Shown here one piece after another: positions 1 to 9,340 of a DNA stretch of 64,000 nt. A program made the translations under genes and the position numbers. The notes under the pieces were generated by a model. That model was not told where the DNA came from and searched no databases. It saw nothing but the letters and a program-made list of their open reading frames with translations. Position 1 is the stretch's first letter. Each line of letters opens with the position of its first letter. Origin of the DNA: Porphyridium purpureum (lineage: Eukaryota); contig VRMN01000001.1 of the NCBI GenBank assembly GCA_008690995.1, forward strand, positions 2,232,001-2,296,000, given 5' to 3'.

Positions 1-150
1 CGGATGGAGCGCTGCCACCGCCGCTTCGCGCGCACCGGCCTCCAGCGCGGCGTCCACGGCGAGCGTGGGCGTGACCATGGTGCTTCCACAGTCCTCCTTT
101 CCCGCATACGCCATGCCGACCAACTGCAACAGCCGTTCCGAGCCTTCCAT
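1..150 (-). CDS. N-terminal fragment of an unknown protein running off the window edge (MEGSERLLQLVGMAYAGKEDCGSTMVTPTLAVDAALEAGAREAAVAALHP...)
   Basis: Open frame from ATG at 150 to position 1. It is preceded by a long leader that is G-rich on the minus strand (180-660), like other gene starts here. No family recognisable. Confidence 0.45.
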   Translation of the reverse strand, partial: MEGSERLLQLVGMAYAGKEDCGSTMVTPTLAVDAALEAGAREAAVAALHP

Positions 151-536
151 CCGCGGCTGCTTTCGTCTTTGCCCTGCCCTCGCTCCGTGCCGATCAGACG
201 CGCGCCTCTTCTCTCCCCACACCATCCAACCTCCCCCTGCACGCAACGCCTTCCGCGGTCCTCCCCCTCTTCCGCGTCCCAAGCGTCGTCCCACACGTCG
301 TCCCACGCGCACACCACACCACCGCCACGGCCCTTTCAAGCTCACCACTCACCACGTCCCCCTCAGCACTTTCCCTCCGCCTTCCCCACATCCCCTACTC
401 TACCCATCACCGCACTTCTTACTTTCTTCACTAAATTCCCCGTCCTTTCTTCCGCCCCCGCCACCCACCGCCCCTCTCTCTCTCTCCCGCTTTCCAAGCT
501 GTACTTACTACCACCAACCTTCTGTTCTCACGTTTT

Positions 537-553
537 GTGTGTGTGTGTGTGTG
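537..553. repeat. (GT)n microsatellite
   Basis: Direct read of a tgtgtg... run. Confidence 0.9.
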
Positions 554-1162
554 TACATGTGTGTGCTTACGCGCGTGGCTTTCAATGACGCTTTGCGACG
601 TCCCACGAATCCCTCACCTTCCCCCACTTTCCCCACCACGCTCTCCACGCTCGCACGATTTCGGGTCACGCACAAACAAACAGTAAAGGATGGGGGTACA
701 GCTCGGTTTCCAAAATAGACATGCGCGGCTGCTTCTCTCAAATGAGGCGCGACAGCCAATCGATCCAGCCACGTTGTTTTGTTGCAAGCCGGCCACGTTC
801 GGTTGGAGCGCTTGCGACGCGTGCTAGTAAAAACATGTCGGTTTGGTAGGAGGATCTGTGGTGGGAGGGGGTGGGTGTACAGTGCGGCGGCCTGTGAAAC
901 TTGGCGGTGGTCGAGGAGTGCAAAACAAAGAGGGGGACGGGCCCTAACGCGCCAACAGCAACTCGATTGGAATATCTGGGTGTGGATGGTCGACGTGAGC
1001 GGGGAAGGAAGGGGAAAGAAGAGGTCGTGCTCGGCGGGGTGATAGTGTTAGCGTGCGGGCGGTGGCAGCGGGATCGCGTGGTGGCCGTTGTGAGCGTACT
1101 TTGTCGACACAGAGGGATATCGAGACGGCGCGGCGCGGTGGGCAAGGGTTGCGATAGACAGG

Positions 1163-2413
1163 ATGATCACGGCGGTGCATGGAGGGCTCGACGCGCCCGT
1201 GAATCGGATCGTGTCGGATCTGGGCGAGATTGAGCTGCTGCCCAAGGTGCAGGTCAGCGAGGTCGATCTGACCACAATGTACCGCATTGCGGACGGAACG
1301 CTCTCGCCGCTCACAGGACCCATGAACAAGGACGTCTACGACATGGTGCTCGCGTCCAAGTGCATCGAGTCGCAGGGCGCAAAGTACGCGTGGACCATTC
1401 CCATCGTCCTGCCGGCGACCGCGGAGGAGGCCAAGAAGGCCGTCGTCGGAGAGAAGATGCTGCTTGTCACGGAAGGCGAGATGAAGCCGTTTGGCGTCAT
1501 CACCGTCGGCTCGTGCTACGAGTGGGACCCAAAGGCGTTCATCAAGGCCGTGTATCTGACCGAGCGCGAGGACCACCCGGGCGCCAAGCTGTGGTTGTCC
1601 GAGACCCGGCCGATGCTGATCGGTGGCGACATTGAAGTTGTGGTGTTCGCCGACACGCGCTCGTTCAAGGAGTACGTCATGGGCCCCACGCAGGTGCGCG
1701 CGCTGTTCGAGGAGAAGCAGTACGACTTCACTATCGCGTTCCAGACCCGCAACCCGCTGCATCGGGCACACGAGTATGCTCTTGTGTACGGAGCAGAGAC
1801 GCTTCTGCGTCAGTTTGATAGCATGAAAGTGGGTGTCGTATTGAACCCGCTGGTTGGGCAGCTCAAGGGCGACGATGTGCCAGCGGACGCGCGCATGAAG
1901 ACCTACATCCGCCTCATCGAAGAGAAGCATCTGGGAGAGGGCGACGCGGATGTAGAGCTGTGGAACTCCAAGAAGCAGTCGCTGCTCGACCAGACTCACC
2001 TGATCGGTCTCGACATGCGCATGTACTACGGCGGTCCGTCGGAGGCAGTCATGCACAGCATCTACCGTCAAAACCTCGGTTTCACGCACTTTATCGTCGG
2101 GCGAAAGCACGCAGACGCGCCGTACTCGGACGGGACTCCGATCTGGGGCGACTTTGACGCGCAGGAAATCTTCTCGAATCTGGGCGGCGACCTCAAGATC
2201 AAGACGGTCAACGTGGGCTTTGCGGCGTACTTTGAGGAGCTGGGCCGCGTCGGCCTCGTCGCAGAGAACAAGGGCAAGCATTCCGTGAGCATCAGCGGTA
2301 CGAAGATTCGTGAGATGCTTACAAATGGTGAGAAGCCAGACTCTCGCGTGATGCGCGAGTGCACGGCTGAGGTGCTCATTGAGTTTTACAAGAGCAAAGC
2401 GACAGCGGAGTAA
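1163..2413 (+). CDS. sat: ATP sulfurylase (sulfate adenylyltransferase), no obvious transit peptide
   Basis: AFQTRNPLHRAHE (HxxH) motif, LNPLVG, YYGGPSEA, RQNLGFTHFIVGRKHA, ISGTKIREML. Confidence 0.96.
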   Translation: MITAVHGGLDAPVNRIVSDLGEIELLPKVQVSEVDLTTMYRIADGTLSPLTGPMNKDVYDMVLASKCIESQGAKYAWTIPIVLPATAEEAKKAVVGEKMLLVTEGEMKPFGVITVGSCYEWDPKAFIKAVYLTEREDHPGAKLWLSETRPMLIGGDIEVVVFADTRSFKEYVMGPTQVRALFEEKQYDFTIAFQTRNPLHRAHEYALVYGAETLLRQFDSMKVGVVLNPLVGQLKGDDVPADARMKTYIRLIEEKHLGEGDADVELWNSKKQSLLDQTHLIGLDMRMYYGGPSEAVMHSIYRQNLGFTHFIVGRKHADAPYSDGTPIWGDFDAQEIFSNLGGDLKIKTVNVGFAAYFEELGRVGLVAENKGKHSVSISGTKIREMLTNGEKPDSRVMRECTAEVLIEFYKSKATAE

Positions 2414-2922
2414 AGAAGCGACCGGAATCGAGCACTTCAGCGAGCGAAGCAAGGACTGGCTATGGTTCGTTGCGAACGTTTCAGGGCTCGTCTGCTTTTC
2501 TTGCCTCCACCTTCGCCCGCAGGAAGATGAGGGGCCAGAATGAGCGTGTAAGTGATTTGTGTGGAAACCCGCATGTGCAGGCAGCTGCAATAGCGTGCTG
2601 TGTTTGGTCGGCCTCCCTCCGGCTTTGACGTATGGAATGACGATTTCAAGACTGTTTGTTTGGTTTTTGAGTTATTAGGGAACAAGTGAATCTTTGTACT
2701 TTTCTTTTCTTACCATTGTGCAGAGCAAAACGGATAGAATGGAGACCTCGTGGACGCGCTCACCAAAGGAGGCGGAACGGATTCCGATGTATGTGTCATC
2801 TGTTTGGTCAGCGGAAGGAGGGCACAAAGGTTTGGGTTCCTAGCGGTGTTCGCAGTTTCTCTTGCGACCTTGAAGGCTACTATTTTTCTGTGAGACAAAA
2901 GACGGTTGTGAATTGACTGTAT

Positions 2923-3600
2923 TTATTCCTCGTCCTCGCCTTCCGACACCAAAAAGGGAGTTTCGTGGATTGCTTTCGAGATGGCGGCCATCTCATCGTA
3001 CGTTTTTTCCTGTGCACCAGTGCGGTGCTGACCATTCAGCACATCCCTGCCGGGGCCGTCGCTGCGAATCTCGAGAAAGATAGGCTCTGACTCTGAACGG
3101 TACCGGACGAGGTCGCTGAACAGGCCTAGTGCAGAGTCTGAGCGGGTCGACTTCAGAGGGATCATGCCGAATCCGATGGGGCGACTCGCGCCGACGAGAA
3201 TATCACCCACTTTGATGCCGGCCTTCTCCGCGTTTCCGCCCTCAACGACTTCCTCCACGTACACAATATCGTCAGCCGTGGCCTCGACGATCAATCCCAG
3301 TGGCCGAGCGAGCTTTACCAGCCGAGACGCCGGCTTGCCATCTGGACCCTCCTGACCCTCCAACAACCTGCTTGGTTCGTTCCGCTCCTTATGTTTCGGC
3401 AAGGCCGCTTCCAAAGCCTCAGCCGACATGCCGTCCGGGACAAGCGCCCTATTCACCTCCTCGTCCTTCCCTCGACGCGCATCATTCATACGCACCGCCG
3501 TGCGCGCATGGCACCCACTTGTGGCTGGCGGAAACCGCGAACACCGCACTTCACCACGTGCGCGCTGCTGTCTCGAAATAAACCCGCTGCTCACAAACAT
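2923..3600 (-). CDS. Probable plastid-targeted PDZ-domain protein (start taken at MFVSSGF, 3600)
   Basis: RPLGLIVE...VYVEEVVEGGNAEKAGIKVGDIL PDZ signature. N-terminal Ser/Arg-rich peptide ending ...RTAVRM is typical of red-algal transit peptides. Confidence 0.75.
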   Translation of the reverse strand: MFVSSGFISRQQRARGEVRCSRFPPATSGCHARTAVRMNDARRGKDEEVNRALVPDGMSAEALEAALPKHKERNEPSRLLEGQEGPDGKPASRLVKLARPLGLIVEATADDIVYVEEVVEGGNAEKAGIKVGDILVGASRPIGFGMIPLKSTRSDSALGLFSDLVRYRSESEPIFLEIRSDGPGRDVLNGQHRTGAQEKTYDEMAAISKAIHETPFLVSEGEDEE

Positions 3601-4564
3601 GTTCGACAACGGCGTCGCCACCCAGGGCGAGGGGCAAGGACGAGGAGGAGAAGGAGAGGCGACCGGTTCCAACCCAAACGTGTCGTCAGCTCGATAGCAC
3701 GGTTTCCGCAAAGGGTTGCACCTCCCAACACCAACTTCCTCCTTCAACACGGAACCACCAACCTCCCCAAACGAAAAAAAAATTGCACTGCGTGGAACAA
3801 TGTAAGCACGAGTAATTTCTCCGCGGAATTGTTCCCCAAAGTGGCGACAGGACAGGTCGCACTGTACCCCCCCACGAGGCACCGCTCGATTCCTCAGAAC
3901 GGAGATCAGAGGGGCAAGACCGTGCGACCGCAAGGCTTCCGCGCGAAAGCGAAGGGTGGCCGACGCATTCCTGCGCAGCACACATACGCGATCGCAAGGT
4001 CACGTGAACGCGCTAAGGGACGCCGGACTCTAGCTTGTCGATCGGCGTTGAAGACGCCGGCGGCCGACCGCAGTATAAAGATGCTGAGCGGCGATGAAGG
4101 CCATGCTCGGACGAGCGCCGTGCGACCAAGTCGTCCGCGGATTCGGGCACAACGTTGAGGTACAGTACGCGAGTGAGAAAGTCGCGTGCGAGGGTTAACA
4201 GCGATGCAGGGAAGGTGGTGTGGAGTGGGAGCGTGAAGAAAGGGGAAGAGGAGAGCAAAGGGGGTTGGCGTTCTGGCTGTGGGCGTCTGGCGTCATCACG
4301 CTTTTGGTCGCCGTGGTTCGGATAAAGAGGGGAGGGCTTACAGTTGCGCGCCTCGGCTTGAGAGGATAAAGCAAGGCGCGCGCTCGCAAGGTAACAAGGA
4401 CACTGCGTCTGTGCCGGGGAAAGTACGCACCGAAAGACCGAGGGAGACGGGAAAAGCGGCGAGAACTTGTGGTTTTGGATTACAGCAGATCTGCTAAAGA
4501 TACAGAGACAAGTTTGACGCAGAAGAAGAGGTGACGGAGACGAAGCAAGAGAGAGAGAGGAAGC

Positions 4565-5851
4565 ATGCCGCTTGGGATTTCGGGCGTGGGCGTCTTGCAG
4601 GATGACGTGCGACGCGCAAAGCTTATTACGAATGGATGGGTGGGGGAGAAAGAGATGGTGAACGCCAGGATCGGGGACAATGGGGTGCAAATTCCAAAGT
4701 GGGTGGTGGATAAATGCTACGGCGTGTGCTTCCTGTTCTATTTGAAAGCAGGTTTCATTTACTCGGGTGGATTGGGTACAGGCTTTGTCATGTCGAAACT
4801 GAATCGTGGCACCCCCCAGCAGCGCTGGTCCGGGCCGTCCGCAGTGGCAGCGGGTGGAATGGGATGGGGACTGCAGGTTGGTGCACAAAAAGTGTTCCAC
4901 GTCATTTTTCTGCACACCAAAGCCGCCGTGCAGACGTTTGCGTCGCACGCAAAGGCAAACTTTGGTGGCGACATCGGCGTTTCCGTCGGGCCGATTGGGC
5001 GCAATGCTAACGTTCGTGCCGAGGCAGGAAACAAGGGTGTCGCTGCGTCATACTCGTACAGCTTTTCGCAGGGGCTGTTTGCCGGCCTGAATCTCGACGG
5101 CACGGTCGTCGGGACGTCGGCGGCCATGAATCGAGCGTTCTACGGAGAAGACATGACTGTAGGCCAGATTCTCAAGGGAGAGAAAGGCCTAGATATTTGG
5201 AAACAGTCTGCGGACCTGGCCAAGCTGTACATGAACCTGGATGTCGCGCTTTCGAGCTTGGGCCAGCAGTCGTTTGATGGAAATTATGGTGAAAGCTCGT
5301 TGGCTTCTTTTCATGGCTTGCAGTCGGGTGGACTGGGTCGAAGGAGCACTGTGTCAGGCGGGAACTGGTGGGACACTCCTTCAAGTTCACAACAAGGCTT
5401 CGGCCAGCCGGGGCAGCCTTCACGCGGTGCGTCAGCGGCTGCAGCCACGGTAAACACGTGGGACACCCAGCCCCAGGCCCCCCATCGCGCACAAACGGCC
5501 CGTGCGTACGACGCGAGGGACCCTTACGTGGACGTTGTACCGCCGCGGGACGACGGTACGAGCTACAATGCTCGACGGTATGGCGCGCAGGCCGCAGGTG
5601 GTGCATCTTCTCGAAATGATAACAATGGCGACAACTACTCGAACCAGTGGGGCTCGTTTCGAGAAGAAAACGGTGCCTACGCAGGAGCTCCAGACGGGCG
5701 ACAGGGAGGTGCGAACCAAGGTGCCGCGGCTGGATATTGGGAGGACTATTTTCGAAGATATGGGCAACCCACTGAATCATTTGACACGCGCTACCGACAA
5801 CAAGATCATGGCTCGCACCGATACCCATATTATGGCGGAGGCCACTACTAG
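4565..5851 (+). CDS. Ysc84/SYLF lipid- and actin-binding domain protein with a low-complexity C-terminal tail
   Basis: KAGFIYSGGLGTG, WSGPSA, GWGLQVGAQ, VSVGPIGR, YSYSFSQGLFAG, NRAFYG. Confidence 0.9.
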   Translation: MPLGISGVGVLQDDVRRAKLITNGWVGEKEMVNARIGDNGVQIPKWVVDKCYGVCFLFYLKAGFIYSGGLGTGFVMSKLNRGTPQQRWSGPSAVAAGGMGWGLQVGAQKVFHVIFLHTKAAVQTFASHAKANFGGDIGVSVGPIGRNANVRAEAGNKGVAASYSYSFSQGLFAGLNLDGTVVGTSAAMNRAFYGEDMTVGQILKGEKGLDIWKQSADLAKLYMNLDVALSSLGQQSFDGNYGESSLASFHGLQSGGLGRRSTVSGGNWWDTPSSSQQGFGQPGQPSRGASAAAATVNTWDTQPQAPHRAQTARAYDARDPYVDVVPPRDDGTSYNARRYGAQAAGGASSRNDNNGDNYSNQWGSFREENGAYAGAPDGRQGGANQGAAAGYWEDYFRRYGQPTESFDTRYRQQDHGSHRYPYYGGGHY

Positions 5852-6294
5852 TCTCTTGTGCAGGTATTGAATTTCATGGCGGTTGTTTTGCGGACTTTGC
5901 GGCTTGCCTCCTTGTGGAAATTCGTTCGCCGAATATTTGTATTGTATATGCTCAAAGTGATCGATGGATGTCCCACCTTATACTTTCTGTCTTTCTTTTC
6001 CTGTGCCGGAGGGCACGACCGCGAGATTGCGCGGGTTCCACTAAGTGGCCATGTATAGGCGTTGCCCGTTCAGGTAGTTCTGGCCCGTGTCCCAGACATC
6101 TTGGTGGGTTGAGGCACTAGCTGCTTCCCCATCGTCTGGTTCGAGACGAGGACAGGCTAAATTCTGACTGGGTGTCACGCGTGGCCTACATCAAATTTTA
6201 CATCATAGACGGAGCTTATATAACCAGTCCCTTGAGTATCTTTCTGTGCAATGCGACTGACCTGTCTCTCCGTCACACGGGACTCACGCTCCCG

Positions 6295-9006
6295 CTACTG
6301 CTCCCAGGGACGATATAGATGCGCGCGTGGCGGTGCCTGCTGCGAATACTGCATTTGCTGGGGTGGCAAGAAAGGTGAATCCGTTCCGGGCTGCGGGCCC
6401 AGCCCTCCTTGCTGTGGGGGTGGATGGACTCCATCGCCATAAAGTCCCGCATTCGCCCTATTACCATCACCACTACTTCCAACGTTTTGTGGCGGCCACA
6501 ACGCTGAAAATGTTGCACCTTGCCCTGTGCCGGGCCTTGTGTCTGGACCTAGACCGAAACTTGACATCTGCTGGCCACTCCAAAGCGCCGACGAGCCGTT
6601 CGCGCGCGGTGTCCACGAGTCCCCGAAGAGTCGCGGCTGCAAATGCTGATGAGATGGCGGATGCTGCCCCCCATATTCCGCTGTCCTCGCGCCAGAGCCA
6701 CCAATCATCGCAAAACTATTCGTCGAGGGCCCAACTGCAGGACCACCGCCAAGCTCATACGGGCCTCCGAGTCCACGGCCATACCACTCCGGCTCACCTG
6801 CTCGCGTAGCTCCAGATCTAGATGCCAAACCAGATGCAGGCCCCGCCAGCGCAAGCATCTGTGCATATTCATCAGTGGGTGGTAGCCTCACACGGTCACC
6901 GTCGCTTAAGCCCGAAACCCGTGGCAGCTGTCCCTGAGCTGTCCAACCTGATGGTACACTCGAAGTGGCGAAGTAGTCACCCGCACGCGATGCTCTGTAC
7001 TGGTTGAAAGATTCTTGCTGCTCGAAGGGCTCACTTCCGAGCTCATGGAAATATGTGACCCCTGGACCAGGACTAAATCGTCCGGCATACGAAGACGATG
7101 AGTGCGCGGCCGTGCTGCTGTTCAAAGGGCTCACTGTCGGGTACCCTTGTCCGGGAGCGAGACGTGCCGGGGCGTTTTCAAGTCCCGCCGCATGTTCACG
7201 AGTCCACCAGGACTGCTGCTGTTCCAGGCGAGTTCCATCCAACGCCTTCGCACTTGCGGACCCCGCCGACAAACCAGAGCGATGATTCAGCCCAAATCCC
7301 GTACTTCTCCGTGCCTGGTCTTGACTATGGCTCACAAGATTCATAGGAATGCTCGTTTGCGGAAACAAGCTCCCATGATGAAGGCTGTGACCTTCTATAA
7401 TTCCCGGCACGGATGCCCGGATATAGCGAGAGGGTATATCTGCCGCAAAGGCATCCCCACCAGAGCGGTTCGAAGCTGAAAACACAGGATCGACCACAGC
7501 GCCAGAAGCCCCTACTTCTGCGTGATGGTGGATTGGCATCGAATTCGACCCACCAGATGGCGTATGCACCGGGCGAAGAGGGGAAACGTGTTCACTCATT
7601 CCTTGAGAAACAGTGATGGGGTTTGGCACCCCATGCGGATACAGTGTCACGTTCGCTTGAGCGGCTCCCGGCTGGAACCACCCTTGCGGTGGTTTTTGGT
7701 GCAACCTGTTGGGAGCGATGGATGCACCTCCCACAGTCGTAGCCATGTGTGACGGGTACATCGCGTCTCGACCTGAAGCTTGAGTAAGCCCTATGGCAGC
7801 GTTCCTTGCAGGTTCCTGAGGAGGATCGAGTCGTCCACTTGCGCTGGACGCCGGCTTGTCTCCGCTCTCAAAAGGCCAGCGATTATCCGGGCCCCCATGG
7901 AGCAAGGGATATGCTGCCGGATCTGTTCTCTGAGCTTCTCGAAAGTCAGCGAGCGGTCCCATGGCTTTGACTGTCTGCTCCAGACGCAGCGGTCGCTGCA
8001 TTGGATCTCTCTCAGTCAGAAAGCTTGCGTACACATTCGGTTGTTGCACTTGAGCAATCGGTTGAGATGCATGCATCTTTCCTTGGATCACGACACTAGA
8101 ATTGCCTGACAGAGTCACGGGTATGACAGCTGCAGGGCTATCGCGTGCAAGGGGTAATGAATTCATATTCACACGCGCAGGCTTCAATCGCTTTTTCTTC
8201 GTCCCCGTATCTTGTGTCGGCTCGGAGTTGAGAGCAGCCTGATTTATATCTTCAGCCGTACTGTCACGCTTTTCACCCGTTAGGACTCGACCCAAAGCTC
8301 CTGGTAAATCGCCGCTTAATGTTTTTTCTTGATTCGGCGCTATCGCGTTCTTTCTTGCTTGTTGCTGGGGCGTTGCTCCTGAGCCCTTACGGCCTTCGGA
8401 TGCCTTCTCATTCGGACGTGCCTTTGTCGAAGCAGCAGCCGCCTGTCTGCGAATTTTAGTCTGCGCTTGTGCTTGCGCCTGTGCCTGCGCATGAACCTCT
8501 TCTGTGCGCTTAACTAGCTGAGCGACTGTTTTGGCAGGAAGCTCAAGCAGTTGCTTGCACACCTGCGCAACGCCAAGCTGCTGCACAAAAAGTGCAGCGG
8601 CCGCCTTAATTCTGGAAGTGCGCTGCTTTGGAGAAGTCTGGGTCAGCTCGTGCGTATTCTGCGCTACGGTGCCCCACCTTCGTTTCAGCGGCACACGTCT
8701 CAAGTCATGCGCGAGATGCGCGGCGACACCAACGGCACGCAGCTCACCCAACTCATCATGAACTTGCTTTGCGGTATCGAACCTGATGCACCGCGCACAC
8801 AGCCAGTCCCCATCCGGGATTTGCGCGAGCGGCGGCACGAGGCAATGCGGATGGAAGCCGCGGTCGCACTGATCGCACAGCAAAATACTATCGCCGCCTT
8901 TCATCCCAAAGCAAAGGCGGCAGTTCGCGTAATACTTGAGCGCATGACAACTCCGCGGCGTCAGCGCCCCATATCCAGAGCTCCCTGTCCCGGATGAACC
9001 CGCCAT
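6295..9006 (-). CDS. PHD-finger protein with a long disordered Gly/Pro/Gln/Ser-rich tail
   Basis: CRLC...LLCDQCDRGFHPHCLVPPLAQIPDGDWLCARC (C4HC3 PHD), 903-aa ORF. Confidence 0.88.
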   Translation of the reverse strand: MAGSSGTGSSGYGALTPRSCHALKYYANCRLCFGMKGGDSILLCDQCDRGFHPHCLVPPLAQIPDGDWLCARCIRFDTAKQVHDELGELRAVGVAAHLAHDLRRVPLKRRWGTVAQNTHELTQTSPKQRTSRIKAAAALFVQQLGVAQVCKQLLELPAKTVAQLVKRTEEVHAQAQAQAQAQTKIRRQAAAASTKARPNEKASEGRKGSGATPQQQARKNAIAPNQEKTLSGDLPGALGRVLTGEKRDSTAEDINQAALNSEPTQDTGTKKKRLKPARVNMNSLPLARDSPAAVIPVTLSGNSSVVIQGKMHASQPIAQVQQPNVYASFLTERDPMQRPLRLEQTVKAMGPLADFREAQRTDPAAYPLLHGGPDNRWPFESGDKPASSASGRLDPPQEPARNAAIGLTQASGRDAMYPSHMATTVGGASIAPNRLHQKPPQGWFQPGAAQANVTLYPHGVPNPITVSQGMSEHVSPLRPVHTPSGGSNSMPIHHHAEVGASGAVVDPVFSASNRSGGDAFAADIPSRYIRASVPGIIEGHSLHHGSLFPQTSIPMNLVSHSQDQARRSTGFGLNHRSGLSAGSASAKALDGTRLEQQQSWWTREHAAGLENAPARLAPGQGYPTVSPLNSSTAAHSSSSYAGRFSPGPGVTYFHELGSEPFEQQESFNQYRASRAGDYFATSSVPSGWTAQGQLPRVSGLSDGDRVRLPPTDEYAQMLALAGPASGLASRSGATRAGEPEWYGRGLGGPYELGGGPAVGPSTNSFAMIGGSGARTAEYGGQHPPSHQHLQPRLFGDSWTPRANGSSALWSGQQMSSFGLGPDTRPGTGQGATFSALWPPQNVGSSGDGNRANAGLYGDGVHPPPQQGGLGPQPGTDSPFLPPQQMQYSQQAPPRAHLYRPWEQ

Positions 9007-9340
9007 AACGCTTCACATATCGCATCCGCATCCGGCGTTGTCGCTCTTCTCCCCACACGCGCGCGCTCACACTCGCGCTCATTGCCACCATCGCACAGTG
9101 TACACCTACATAACGCTGTACCTCAATCAACAGGCCTATCCAAATAACGCCTATTTATAAGTTTTGCGCGATTGGCGTCGAAACGCGCGTCATCGCGAAC
9201 TGTACCTCTGTTGCGCGGTTGGCGCTGCGCGCAGTGCATGCGTGTGGCTGCAGCCGGCGAAGGGCGCTAGATCGCACGCACGCACGCCGGCGACGGTACA
9301 GAGCGGCCTCCACCACGCGGAGGGAGAACCAAGTGCGTGA

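Noticed and set aside
944..2590. 548-aa minus-strand ORF and many similar long antisense or overlapping ORFs (e.g. 15877..16782, 34961..36013, 59487..60149)
   Set aside because: They are shadows of GC-rich, codon-biased real genes on the opposite strand and have no recognisable motifs
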